DNA from: Chara braunii
Taxonomy: Eukaryota; Plantae; Charophyceae
Assembly: GCA_003427395.1 (NCBI GenBank)
Contig: BFEA01000005.1
Location: 231,149 to 295,148 of the forward strand
Direction of reading: 5' to 3'
Length of the DNA stretch: 64,000 nucleotides
The notes beneath the pieces were generated by a model. It was not told the origin of the DNA. It made no database searches and was given only the letters and a program-made list of their open reading frames with translations. Position numbers and translations under genes: made by a program. Below are positions 1 through 12,331 of this stretch, one piece after another. Numbering within the stretch: position 1 is the first letter of the stretch; each line of letters opens with the position of its first letter.

Positions 1-709
1 GCTGGCCCCTGAACGTTCGGGCGTTCGGGGTCCCGTTCGGGGGCCGAACACCTCCAAGTTCGGCCCCCGCCAAAAACATTTTCGGGGCCTAAACATACGT
101 TTTTTTTTCTGATTGTTTTTTTGTGACTTCTCTATGATGTAACCTACACGCCTATAAATTTTGAAGCCATTATGCTAAGCCAAACAAACATTAAAAATCG
201 TCAAAGATGGGGGTGTCAAAACGTGCTCGCCCACTTACTATTTTGTTTTTTTTCACTTTTAACTTTTTGTTTTCACTTTATTTCGGGGCCTAAAAAACTT
301 TATTATTTTTTGAAACTTTTTTAATGAGTTACTGATTATGTAAACTACATCTCTGTAACTTTTCGGGGCATTCATCAATACCAAAAAATAATTAAAAATC
401 GGCAAAGATGGCGGTGTCGAAAGGGTGTTGGCACACTCCCTCATTTTAATTCTCTTTTTATTTTTTTTATTTTTATCATAGTGTTTATTTTCTGTATTTG
501 ATTTTTAATTCAAATTTGGTAAAGAATTTGAATGTAGTGCCTAGGCAAATGTTGTTTAGTTTATTTTTCTCCATAACATATATTGTTTTGAGAAGTTTTT
601 GAAAACCTTGTTTTGTTTTTTGTCCGCGTTCGGCCCGAACGGCCAAACGCCTTCCGAAGGGGTCCCGTACGTTCGGGCGTTCGGCCCGTCCCGAACGCCG
701 ACAACCGTG
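1..709 (+). mobile_element. Non-autonomous hAT-type MITE, family 1, copy 1 (left end outside window)
   Basis: Colinear with 728-1325, 6839-7600 and 10867-11556. Ends GACAACCGTG (variant of the AACCCTG terminal inverted repeat). Many subterminal CGTTCGG/CCGAACG motifs. Confidence 0.85.
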
Positions 710-727
710 TATATATATATAGATATA

Positions 728-1325
728 CAGGGTTACCAGCCCGTACGTACGGAGGCCCCTGGGGAGACCTCCGTACGTACGGGCGTTCGGGGTCTCGTAC
801 GGGGTCCGAACCCGATGGCGTTCGGCCCCCGCCAAAAATAATTTCGGGGCATAAAAATAATTTTTTTTTTTTTTGAATTTTTTTTGTGCGTTCTCTATGA
901 CGTGAGGTACGCGCCAATAAATTCTCAAGTCATTTGGCTCTGCCAAATAAGAATTAAACATCGTCAAAGATGACGGTGTCAAAACGTGTTTGCCCACGTT
1001 TTTTTTCACTTTTTACTTTTTCTTTTCACTTTAGTTCGGGGTCTAAACAATTTTATTATTTTTTGAACCTTTTTTAGTGTGTTTTGCATTATGTGAAGTA
1101 CACATTTCTAAGCTTTCAGGGCATTTAGCTATTCCAAAAAAAAAAAAAAAATCGCCAAAGATGACGGTGTCGAAAACGTGCTCGCGAACTCACTAAATTT
1201 AATTCTTTTTTTATTTTTTGTTAATTTTATTATTAGTATTTTTTTTCGTAATTTATTTTTATTTCAAATTTGGCAAGGAATTTGAATGTAATTCTCAGGC
1301 AAATCTTGTTTAGTTTATTTTTCTT
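728..1325 (+). mobile_element. hAT-type MITE, family 1, copy 2 (runs into N gap)
   Basis: Starts CAGGGTTACC after an 18-bp TA-rich tract. Colinear with copy 1, including the internal duplicated CAAAGATGRCGGTGTC motif. Confidence 0.85.
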
Positions 1326-1917
1326 NNNNNNNNNNNNNNNNNNNNNNNNNNNNNNNNNNNNNNNNNNNNNNNNNNNNNNNNNNNNNNNNNNNNNNNNNNN
1401 NNNNNNNNNNNNNNNNNNNNNNNNNNNNNNNNNNNNNNNNNNNNNNNNNNNNNNNNNNNNNNNNNNNNNNNNNNNNNNNNNNNNNNNNNNNNNNNNNNNN
1501 NNNNNNNNNNNNNNNNNNNNNNNNNNNNNNNNNNNNNNNNNNNNNNNNNNNNNNNNNNNNNNNNNNNNNNNNNNNNNNNNNNNNNNNNNNNNNNNNNNNN
1601 NNNNNNNNNNNNNNNNNNNNNNNNNNNNNNNNNNNNNNNNNNNNNNNNNNNNNNNNNNNNNNNNNNNNNNNNNNNNNNNNNNNNNNNNNNNNNNNNNNNN
1701 NNNNNNNNNNNNNNNNNNNNNNNNNNNNNNNNNNNNNNNNNNNNNNNNNNNNNNNNNNNNNNNNNNNNNNNNNNNNNNNNNNNNNNNNNNNNNNNNNNNN
1801 NNNNNNNNNNNNNNNNNNNNNNNNNNNNNNNNNNNNNNNNNNNNNNNNNNNNNNNNNNNNNNNNNNNNNNNNNNNNNNNNNNNNNNNNNNNNNNNNNNNN
1901 NNNNNNNNNNNNNNNNN
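1326..1917. other. Assembly gap (N run)
   Basis: Run of n. Confidence 1.
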
Positions 1918-3433
1918 TCGGTGGGTACCCCGCTAGACGCGGACCGTTAACGGCCGCTTCGGCTTTTTCAAGCTGGATGAGGTACTGGTGGTTTAAGTAT
2001 GCGCGCGTGTTATTGTGACGCGTGCTCTGATGGTTAGAATCGGTAGTAATACCCTTTGACCGAAGAGGTTGAGGGGTCGATTGTATTAGTGTTGTGTCGT
2101 ATAGACCTACGACACACATTGAGACTTAATCGTCAGTACGTTTGTCGGGATAAATTAATATACGCCCCGACCATACGGCCGGAGCAAATTAAAAGTGTGT
2201 GATCATCGGGTCTGCAATGGCACCTGGATTGGTAAGCACTTGTTTGAGCAGTACCTCTGTCCTACTCATATACAACAAATGAGGTTCACGTTACCGTTCG
2301 ACTTCCCATATGTAGAGAGGGATTTGTCTCTTGGGCGGTGACTTCTTGACCTTGTGGCCACCCAAACAACTAGTATTTCCTTCCTTCCAGAACGAAACAT
2401 CATTGCGGACCCTTATATCGTCAGCATATGCTCCAGACTCAGGCTACTTGAACTGGTACCCGCCTACTTACTGGTACTGGGTCTCTAAAAATGTCAACTT
2501 TTGTCTTCTTCTGCTCGGCCTCGAGTACCCGACACATCCACCTCTACTCGATGTGGTATCGGTCTACCTGCTACTTGAGTGTTTTTCCCTGCTCTTAAGT
2601 TTCGCGAGCCTCTTTTCTCGTCGTTTGAGTGTTTTCCCCGCCACAACCCTCAATGTCCCGACCACAGTTAAATATCATCCCTTCGGGTTTTCCGATCAAC
2701 CAAGTGCCCTTGCGGGTCACACACACACTCAAGCGGACAAGCACTCAGACAGCCACACAAACTAGCAAGCGTACACACATACAGACTTAGGAATGTGTGT
2801 ACGGCTAGCCCCACTACTGTATTTATACCGGGGCAACTCCCCTTCTTTCTGAAGTGAGAGCTAGCTCAATAGGTTTCGGGGTAGAGATCAAACAGGAGAT
2901 ATAACGATTGAATTTGCCCCGGCCCATGAGCTAACTTTTTGTTATAAAGGAAGCGATACTTTAACCCCGACTTCAGGCGACAGGGGCTTGAACCCGCAAC
3001 CTTAGCAGTAGAATTACGTGAAGTAAGTTAGTTAGTTGGAACCGACTCTAGCAGGAGCCCGACACTTGATATGTATGGGTAGTTAGCTATTAGATTATTT
3101 AGTTTTTTTTAATTTTATTCATTTCAGTTAAATTTGTGTTACTTTTTATTTCTTTATTCATCTATTTTTTTCCTTTTTCCAATCCCATAATTACTTTCAC
3201 AAGATTCGAATTAACGAATCTACCTCTGAAATCAGGGCAGATTCAGGAAGAGGGAATAAATGTCTCCAGTAGCGGCGACCTCGACAACACTGAGTCGACC
3301 TAGTCCGAGGAGGAGACCGTTGTTGTCGACGAGTGGAATAACGCGCGCGGGAGGCAACCAACGAACGAGCAGTGAGCATCGGAGAGACCTCGCAGTGAAA
3401 GCAACGAGGTAGCGGCAATGGGAGTTGGTGTGA

Positions 3434-3486
3434 GAAGAAGAAGAAGAAAAAGAAGAAAAAAAAGAAGAAGAAGAAGAAGAAGAAGA
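3434..3486 (+). repeat. (GAA)n microsatellite
   Basis: Seen directly. Confidence 0.95.
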
Positions 3487-4249
3487 GAGAAGGGGTGAAG
3501 GCAACTCACCTGGTGGTAATGACGGCAGCGTCCCGGGATTGCAAGTGATAGAGTGCTGGTGCAGCGGCCTCGGCCCTATGTCCGCCGCTTACCAATGCAA
3601 GGGTGGAGACTTACGGGATGTATGATGCATCCGCCGATGACGTCGGGAGGCCAGGGTATCATCCACCCGACTTGATGGAGTGCGTGCTTATGCCTATTGT
3701 GTCCTCCATGTTGTGGTCTCGGTATGCTGCATATCGTGACGGATTGTATTGCGGGTCCGGGAGCTTTGAGCTGTCGACGATGACGACAACGACGATTGCA
3801 ACAAGGACAAGGAGAATGAGAGCAGGTAAGTCTAATCGTGCGGCTCACTCCCCGAAATTTTCATCGACAGGATAAGTAAAATCGAATGAACCTAGCCCTA
3901 AAACGTGAAAATATACACTACTATTAGTGTGTACGTGAGTGTGTGTGTCAATCTAGCAGCGAATCTCATGGTACTTTTATCAACATGACGAGTGAATCTA
4001 TCGCGAAAACGAGGAAACATACATTACTACGCTTGGTTGTGAGTATGTATACACGTGTACATGCGTGCATGCGTTAGTATGTGTGTATGTGTGTATGTGT
4101 ATATGTGTGTGTGTGTGAGAGAGAGGAGGGAGCTAATGGGAAGGAGGAAAGGAACGCCACACGAGGAAGTCCACAGCGCAAGGGGAAGAGTGACCGCTCA
4201 GTGATGTGAAAGCAGAATGCGCGCGGTGCAGGAGGACATAGACAGATGA

Positions 4250-4336
4250 TAGAAGAAGAAGGAGAAGAAGAAGAAGAAGAAGAAGAAGAAGAAGAAGAAG
4301 AAAAAGAAAAAGAAAAATAAGAAAAAGAAGAAGAAA

Positions 4337-4371
<35 letters not shown>

Positions 4372-4380
4372 AAGGGAAGA
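4250..4380 (+). repeat. (GAA)n / purine-rich microsatellite
   Basis: Seen directly; source of the spurious poly-L and poly-F ORFs. Confidence 0.95.
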
Positions 4381-4472
4381 GGAAGACTCGCCTTGCCACA
4401 CCGACGATAACAGTGATATTCCGGGCGTGGACTTTAGGATCTGGTACATGAATTACGAGGGATGCTTTATAC

Positions 4473-5479
4473 CAGGGTTGTCAAGCCCCGGCCCCGGGGC
4501 CCTGGCGGGGGTCCAGGGGTCCGGGGGTGGGCACCCCCAACCCCGGCTCCAGACCCTCCCCCCCCAAAAAAAAGAAATAAAAAATAAAAAAAATAGTGGG
4601 GGGTGCGCAGCGAGAGCGCGCACCACATGGGCTAAACCCCAAAAATGGGGTTTTATGCCCCACCCCGGACCCCCCTCGGGGCCACACCCACCACTCGTGG
4701 GACCAGGGTAGCTGCTGGTGCGGGGNNNNNNNNNNNNNNNNNNNNNNNNNNNNNNNNNNNNNNNNNNNNNNNNNNNNNNNNNNNNNNNNNNNNNNNNNNN
4801 NNNNNNNNNNNNNNNNNNNNNNNNNNNNNNNNNNNNNNNNNNNNNNNNNNNNNNNNNNNNNNNNNNNNNNNNNNNNNNNNNNNNNNNNNNNNNNNNNNNN
4901 NNNNNNNNNNNNNNNNNNNNNNNNNNNNNNNNNNNNNNNNNNNNNNNNNNNNNNNNNNNNNNNNNNNNNNNNNNNNNNNNNNNNNNNNNNNNNNNNNNNN
5001 NNNNNNNNNNNNNNNNNNNNNNNNNNNNNNNNNNNNNNNNNNNNNNNNNNNNNNNNNNNNNNNNNNNNNNNNNNNNNNNNNNNNNNNNNNNNNNNNNNNN
5101 NNNNNNNNNNNNNNNNNNNNNNNNNNNNNNNNNNNNNNNNNNNNNNNNNNNNNNNNNNNNNNNNNNNNNNNNNNNNNNNNNNNNNNNNNNNNNNNNNNNN
5201 NNNNNNNNNNNNNNNNNNNNNNNNNNNNNNNNNNNNNNNNNNNNNNNNNNNNNNNNNNNNNNNNNNNNNNNNNNNNNNNNNNNNNNNNNNNNNNNNNNNN
5301 NNNNNNNNNNNNNNNNNNNNNNNNNNNNNNNNNNNNNNNNNNNNNNNNNNNNNNNNNNNNNNNNNNNNNNNNNNNNNNNNNNNNNNNNNNNNNNNNNNNN
5401 NNNNNNNNNNNNNNNNNNNNNNNNNNNNNNNNNNNNNNNNNNNNGCTTAGGCCCCGGGGATCCCCGCGTGACAACCCTA
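4473..5479. mobile_element. hAT-type MITE, family 2 (GC-rich, spans N gap)
   Basis: TIRs CAGGGTTGTCA ... TGACAACCCTA. 8-bp target duplication CTTTATAC (4465-4472) / CTTTGTAC (5480-5487), 7/8 match. Confidence 0.8.
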
Positions 5480-6803
5480 CTTTGTACATGCCTTGGGTGG
5501 TTTCCAGTTTGCGAGGGACGGGTGAGTCGTTTCCAGGTGGTCGAACAAACATTTCTGCAGCGCCGTTCGGGCCTCTAGTCGTCCATCTTGGAGGACTTTC
5601 ACGTCAGCTTGCTCGTCGTTTGCGGTGGTCGCGGTTGTCGAGGTTTTCCAATGCCGTGATGTTGGCTTGTGGATCGTGGCGTTCACCGTCACTCATCCTC
5701 TCACGATGGTTGGCACTTGATCGCTAGGTGGCGATGATCTGCAGGCAACCTCAACCCTGCATCCGCTACTTTCCATATGCGAGGTAAGTCTTCAACCCCA
5801 CGCCTTGCCTAAAGCTACTTCCATCAATAGGATGAGTTAAATCGAATAAATCTGCCGCTGGATCATGAAAATATACACTATCACACTTGCTTGTTTGTGC
5901 TCGTGAGTGTATGTGTGTGTGTGTTACTGCTTGATGAGTGTAACGATGCCTCCATGACTTGCGGATGAAGCATATGGCACACAACAAAACTTGACTCAAA
6001 ATGTCATCATGGAAATGGAGAGGAACCTTCCGGGCCAGATAGCAGTGATGATAGCCAACAACTTCTTAAGGAGGGCACAACTGCTATCAGAGATCAACGC
6101 TTGGTATGTGTTTGTCAGTCTCTTCAGTCGTTCACACTTCACTAGATGTATGGGAGACTGCATGTGCATGTGTGGGTGTGGGTGTGTTTGAGAAAGAGAG
6201 AGAGGAGACTGTGAAGGAAAGCAGTGGCGTGAATGTGGATACTGAATGTCGAAAATAGAAAATCTCAATGGCATGGACGAGGTTCGTATTAACAGGTTTA
6301 AGTTGATTACAAAAACAAACATTGTGATTTGTGTGTGTGTACGTGTGTGTGAAAGCAAAAGAGATTGACTATCAGCTCGAGTCCTGAAGAACACACCGCA
6401 CTCTACGTTTTTTTCCCCTTCCCCTTTTGTTTCATTCCAGTGACCTTCTCTTTCACTGAGCATGACGTGTGGCCATGATCGCTGTATTTGGGGCTACTTT
6501 GGGCCTGATACAGATGCAGTTACACTGCCCCTGCTCTGTTTCCTAGCCAGGGGAGACAGATGACAAACGGAGAAAGAGGGGGAGAGAGAGAAGGAGAGGT
6601 AAGTGAGAGAGGGAATGAAGAAGATGAGGTGGAAGAAAACAAAAGAAAAAGGAAAAAATATGCAGTGCGAGAGGGGATCGTACATGAAGGAGGGAGATGA
6701 ATGATAGGGTGAAAAGGATGCAGTTACGGGCACGAAGGTAACAGACGGGAAGCAAAGGTAAGAGCATGGACACACGAAATACAGAGAAAATAAAGACAAT
6801 AAG

Positions 6804-6838
<35 letters not shown>

Positions 6839-7600
6839 CAGGGTTGCTAGGCCGAACGTACGGAGGCCCCTAAGTAGACCCCCGAACGTTCGGGCGTTCG
6901 GGGCCTCGTACCTGAAGGGGTTCGGACCCCGCAAAAAAATATTTTGACACCTAAATATTATTAGTTTTTTTTCTAAAAACGTTTCTGTGAGTTCCTTGTG
7001 ATGTAAGGTATCTCCCTCTTAATTTTGAAGTCATTCTGTTTAGCCAAAACAAAATGAAAAATCAGCAAAGATGGTGGTGTCAAAACTTGCTTACCCACTC
7101 ACTAATTTGTTTTTTTCTCTTTTTTCACTTTTTGTTTTCCTTTATTTCGGCGCATGAAACAAAATATATTTTTTTAAAAATTTATTTGTATATTCTCTAT
7201 TATGTAAGATACACATATACAAAGTTTCATGCCAGTTGTTACGACCAAAAAAAAAAAAGAAATCACCAAAGATGGCGGTGTCAAAAACGTGCTCGCCCAC
7301 TCAATAATTTCATTCTCGGTTTATTTTTTTTAATTTTCATTATTATTATTTATTTTTAGTATTTGATTTTTATTTTAAATTTGATAAAGAATTTGGATGT
7401 AACGTTGAGGCAAATGTTGTTTAGTTTATTCTTCTGTATAACGTATATTATTTTCATATTTTTAAAATTTTGTTATTATTTTTATTCTTTATTTTTGGGG
7501 TTCGCGTTCGGCCGAACGACCGAACTCGTAAAGAGGGGGTGCTGAACGTTCGGGCATCTAGGTTCGGGCGTTCGGCCCGTTTTGAACGCCGACAACCCTG
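6839..7600 (+). mobile_element. hAT-type MITE, family 1, complete copy (762 bp)
   Basis: TIRs CAGGGTTG ... CAACCCTG. Flanked by ATTATTAT on both sides; inserted in an (ATT)n tract. Confidence 0.92.
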
Positions 7601-7834
7601 ATTATTATTATTATTATTCTTATTGCAATCAAACTTGTCTTCTTCAACATCCAGCAGACATGCAGACAAATGACGAACAAACTGGCAACTTGTGCCCACA
7701 CATAACTCTGAAATAACGAAGCCACGAACACAGTCCATATTCATACTTGTCTCGAACAACTGTATTCCCGACAACTTGTTCACACGCACGCAACTGTGGA
7801 TCTCCCTGGATGTTCCGCAGACACGCACAAACGC

Positions 7835-8120
7835 GGTGACACACACACACAGTGACACAGACACAGTGAAACACACATAAACACAGTGACACATACGTAG
7901 TCACACAAATACACAGTGAAACATACACATTCATAGTGACACAGACATAGTGAAACACACAGACACAATGACACATACGCAATTATACAGTGACACAAAT
8001 ACACAAATGACATAGACACACGGTGACATAAATACACAAATGACACAGATACAAAATGACACATACATAGTGACACACAGAGAGAGACACGTACAGAGAG
8101 AGAGAGAGAGAGAGAGAGAG
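7835..8120 (+). repeat. Degenerate (CA)/GTGACACA minisatellite followed by (GA)n
   Basis: Seen directly. Confidence 0.9.
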
Positions 8121-9547
8121 CGAGGCATAGAAAAGGAGATAGAGAGAAAGAGGAAAGAGATACGTATCTGGTGTATGTAAGAGGTCGCCTATGGAAGCGA
8201 CGTCATGTATATTGGTCTTCAAAGTCGAAGTGAGTCTGTTGCGTGAATGCGATTGTAGAAGGATAGACACGTAGTGTAGGCCGGCCGCGGGGCACCAGAT
8301 AGAGAGGAGCTACGTTGGATACTGTGTTAGTGTGACCTGAGAGTTTGAACATTGGCTCAAGAGCTCATTCTATTGCTCTTATTTGGATGGAATCTCGGTG
8401 CATTTGTGCTCTCCGCTTGTACGTGACTACTTGGACATCTGTGTGATTTCACAACTTGGTTGTCAGTATATCGTTCTCACTCATACTCCTTTTATATCCG
8501 TCTTTCATATTTTTATTTATTTGTTTTATTTTATTTTGTTTTCTTTATTACCGATTATAGCCGTGAGTTGGCTGAAATCCGATGTGTCACGGGTGAACGG
8601 GCGTTGTCCGCAGCCGGTCGAGAAAGTGGATGCTGTTCGTAACCAATCGAGTGAGTGGGTGCAATACACTATGTTGTATTATGTGGTTTGCTCGCGCTTT
8701 GACAATAGCCTTGGCCACAGGAGAGGGAAGAAAGTGAGATAAATAAAGTATCTGGGCGGGAGTTCTGCCCAAGTGCAAACCGGACCGACTAGTGTTAGGA
8801 TAAGCGAGGTTATCCCCATCACCTCATATACACACTGTATCAGGCTCTATTAGTACTACCCCATATTAGTATGCATACATTTGTGTCTGACTATATGAAT
8901 CAACAATTTTTTTTTGATTAAATTTGAGCTAGGAAAATGCTATGAACTTATGGACAATGGTTGAAATGATTTTGTATTTCTTTTAATGCAAATGCATGAT
9001 GCAATGCAGGCCCCATGCGTGCTTATCTTGTTGTCTGATTATTGATATGAGTTGTGTATGGCTAACTATTTCTGAAAGCACATGGTGAGAACGCTAAAAT
9101 CTCATATGGGTTGTCTCATTGTGTGTGTGTTTATTTTTGGGTAGATGAGGCAGCGGGGATGTGGACTCCGTGAAGTCTTGCCCTGCTCGATAGGATTCTT
9201 AACATTGACATGAGTTGGGATCACACTGATAAAACATTGTAAAAAACACTGAATTTTGTATGACTACTCATACCTGAGAGTCTTGTTTGGACTAACGTAG
9301 AATGTCATGAATATATCATTGTTAGAGCATCGTCACTAACACTCATCTTTTTAAACTAATGCAAGTCAAAAGTCAGTTGCACGTCTTATGAGAAGGACGT
9401 AATGGGGTGAGAGTTATCATGTGAACTTCCTCATTAGGTGTTTCATTGAGTCATTAGGATGCGGCTCCGTGTGACATGCTCGTCTGACTCCAAGATTTTT
9501 GATTGATCTAAGACACAAAGACTCTTCTAAAGGTGTAAACTAGCAGG

Positions 9548-9915
9548 GGTAACAAGAGGAGTGAGGTCTCGAGAGACCCGCCTTATTACATGAATCTGCT
9601 TTAAGTAAGAAAATGTGGTAATAAGAGGATCGTAACCCCGTGAGGTCTACCCTATTACCAACCAACACAAAAGGGTGGTGATAGGAGGAGCAAGGTCCCG
9701 TGAGGCCTGCCGTATCGCTGACAAATCCCACCAAAAGGAGATGGTAGTAGGAGGAGTAGATATCGTGAGACTTGCCCTATTACCAAATGACGTTGCTCAA
9801 ATAAAGGGTGGTGATAAGAGGCGCGGAACCTCATTGTAATCTGCCTTATCAGTTACCTACCACTGGAAGAAGAAAATATGGTAGGGGTGAGGATCCCGTG
9901 TGATTTACCCTTCTC
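9548..9915 (+). repeat. Hairpin array in LTR A: 6 units, ~66-nt period, YCGTGA loop with AGGA bulge
   Basis: Units such as TGGTAATAAG-AGGA-..-CCGTGA-..-CCTATTACCA at 9548, 9616, 9674, 9742, 9807 and 9879. Confidence 0.8.
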
Positions 9916-10866
9916 TGGCAACCCTTATGAAGACTCCGCAAAGAATAACTCACTGATATGGTTCATTATCTGATTCTGTTGAGGTGGAGGTAAAAAAAAT
10001 GTGACCCTGTGTTACCTGTCCTGCTATCTTAACCTTTTGATTCATATCCATCTTCTGATTATATTCCAGATGAGATTGATGATGTTTTGCATGTGCATGT
10101 CTTAAATAGAGAATCATATGATAAAGGGGAAAATATTGACGATGTTAGCTCTGTACTTTTTTTTCCTTTAGATGATTATCTCTAGAGATTGGTGTGATAA
10201 GAAGTTAGAGAGACTACCTAGAGGGAGTTATATCGATGTAGTATTATTCCCAACTAAAATGAAGTTCACAATATTGAACTTCATATAGGGTCATCTCGAT
10301 AGCAAAGGAGTGTTGCGACTGTGTTCACCTGTGTGTGATTGCAGATCACATTTTCTTTCAAGAGGATTCATTATGATTCTATACAAAACTACATGTTGTT
10401 GCCTTACGATAACAGGTTGGTTCGCCAACTCAACCCTCATTCACCCTCAACACCCACACTTGAATCGACCTTTGCACAAAAATATACTTATGATTTTTTT
10501 CATTGTCTAAATGGTTTGTGTTTGGTCAAAAAAATGTCATTGAAAATACCGAAGTCAAATATGGATGAATTACTAAGTCGAAAGAGGGATGTCTGACTTA
10601 GAAGTTGGAGAGTGTAAGGGTAGTATGGGTGAAAGTGAATGAATGGTTGACTGTGTTAGGGTTGTGTAATGTGATTGACTTCTGTTTGCAGGTCAGTAAA
10701 ACGACCAGCCACGCTATTCACTTCAACCCGTTGTGAAACTTACGCTATCTTCGAACTTGATCCAGATGTTTCATCAGTGTGCAATTTTATACATCTGGTT
10801 TGAGTACCCAACCTTGCGCCTTTTCCCTAATTTTTTTCTTAGGAAGATTACGATTATTGTTAAGGC

Positions 10867-11556
10867 CAGGGTAACCGACGTTTGGGATGGGCCGAACGCC
10901 CGAACCCGAACACCCGAATGTACAGCCGAACGTGAAAAAAAAATAAAAAAACAAAAAAATATCAAAAAAATCTTAAAAAAAAATATGTTATGAAAAAAAT
11001 AAATTAAACAAGATTTGTCTGAGTATTGCATCCGAATTCCTTACCAAATTTGAAATAAAAATAAAATACGAAAAACAAATGCTTATAGTAAAAATAAAAA
11101 TACAAAAATTAAATTAAATTTAGTGAGTGTGTGAGCACGTTTTCGACAGCACTATCTTTGGTGATTTTTCATTTCTTTTTGGAAAAGTTAAATGCCCTGA
11201 AAATTTGCAGATGTGTACTTCACATAATGCAAAACCCACTAAAAAAGTTTCAAAAAATAATAAAATTGTTTAGACCCGGAACTAAAATGAAAACAAAAAG
11301 TAAAAAGTGAAAAAAAAAGTGGGCCGACACGTTTTGACACCGCCATCTTTGGCGATTTTTAACTTGAAAATTTATAGGCATATACCTCACGTCATAGAGA
11401 ACTAAAAAAAAAAAAAAAAAAAAAAAAATTTAGGCCTCGAAATAATTTTTGGTGAGGGTCGAATGCCGTAGGGTTCAGACCTCGTACTGGACCCTGAACG
11501 CCCGTACGTACGAAGTTCTGCCCGGGGACCTCCGTACGTACGGGCTGGTGACCCTG
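10867..11556 (-). mobile_element. hAT-type MITE, family 1, complete inverted copy (690 bp)
   Basis: TIRs CAGGGTAACC ... GGTGACCCTG. 8-bp TSD GTTAAGGC (10859-10866) / GCTAAGGC (11557-11564). Confidence 0.92.
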
Positions 11557-12311
11557 GCTAAGGCAAAAAATATGTCTATTTCATATATATATGTTTAAAA
11601 GATCAATGACCCATGTTTTCCCTGATGAATTCGGACTGTTTATGTGAATGTGTTAAGTGTACGTGACGTCTCCTTGCCTAATTACTCAGGCTTATTTTAT
11701 TTCATATGTAGGTGATATGGCAAAGGCTTTCATAAGGAGATATGTTGAATGGATTTAATCACTAGGTGGGATGGGTAAGTGTCTTACCCGCGACTCCCTG
11801 ATGATTCCAGTATTGAGGGAATTGTGCTCCAGAAAAGGGATAGGTTGTGAGTCATGCTTATTGAAACTATTTTTAGTCTAAGCATAGTATGCGGGAACGT
11901 TCATCGGTCGAGTCAACCTGAATTGTAAGTTGGTTCGGGATATCTGAGTCCCGATGCCCGACACGTGTACGGGCCAGTCTTAGGTGTTCAAACGCTTGTA
12001 TGTCAATGCTAAGGCGATCAAGCAAACACCCTCGACCGACTTACCTCTGCGATTGCAAGTAAAAACCTTCGCACGGGAGTCGGTAGCTCAGTAGGGATAC
12101 GCTTGCCTAAGGATGACGACATTCTTAGGTAGAGGTGAGTTGTACCTCGGGGGGTGTCTGTCCTATCGCACGGAACCGCCTGAGGTATAGTTGGCGCGCA
12201 CGGTCGGAGTGATATTTTGCTGAAGCGATTTAAGACTCCTGTGTGATGCGACTGTGAGGTCCGACACTAAAATACTTTACGTTTGGGTGAGGGACCGCCG
12301 CGCCCTACAGG

Positions 12312-12331
12312 TGACGCCGTTGTCGGGGATC
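12312..12331 (+). promoter_or_regulatory. Primer binding site, tRNA-Asp(GUC) type, element A
   Basis: TGACGCCGTTGTCGGGGATC versus TGGCGCCGTTGCCGGGGATC, the complement of the plant tRNA-Asp 3' end, lying 2 nt after the LTR-terminal CA. Confidence 0.85.

Larger units (their letters stand above)
1918..12309 (+). repeat. Probable 5' LTR of element A (~8 kb after removing three MITEs; start hidden in gap)
   Basis: Left part matches the start region of the 3' LTR. Right part (10410, 11900-12309) is homologous to the LTR ends of B and C. 1918-1993 does not match 18325-18400, so the left boundary is uncertain. Confidence 0.6.

Noticed and set aside
3197-4449. Poly-L, poly-F and poly-S ORFs
   Set aside because: Translations of GAA microsatellites
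1270-5727. Long ORFs in the supplied track
   Set aside because: They are artefacts of N gaps, as are those at 60968-62030
5991-6105. Host gene exon (MTQNVIMEM...INAW followed by GTATGT)
   Set aside because: Isolated, no recognisable domain or partner exons, and lies within the inferred LTR of element A
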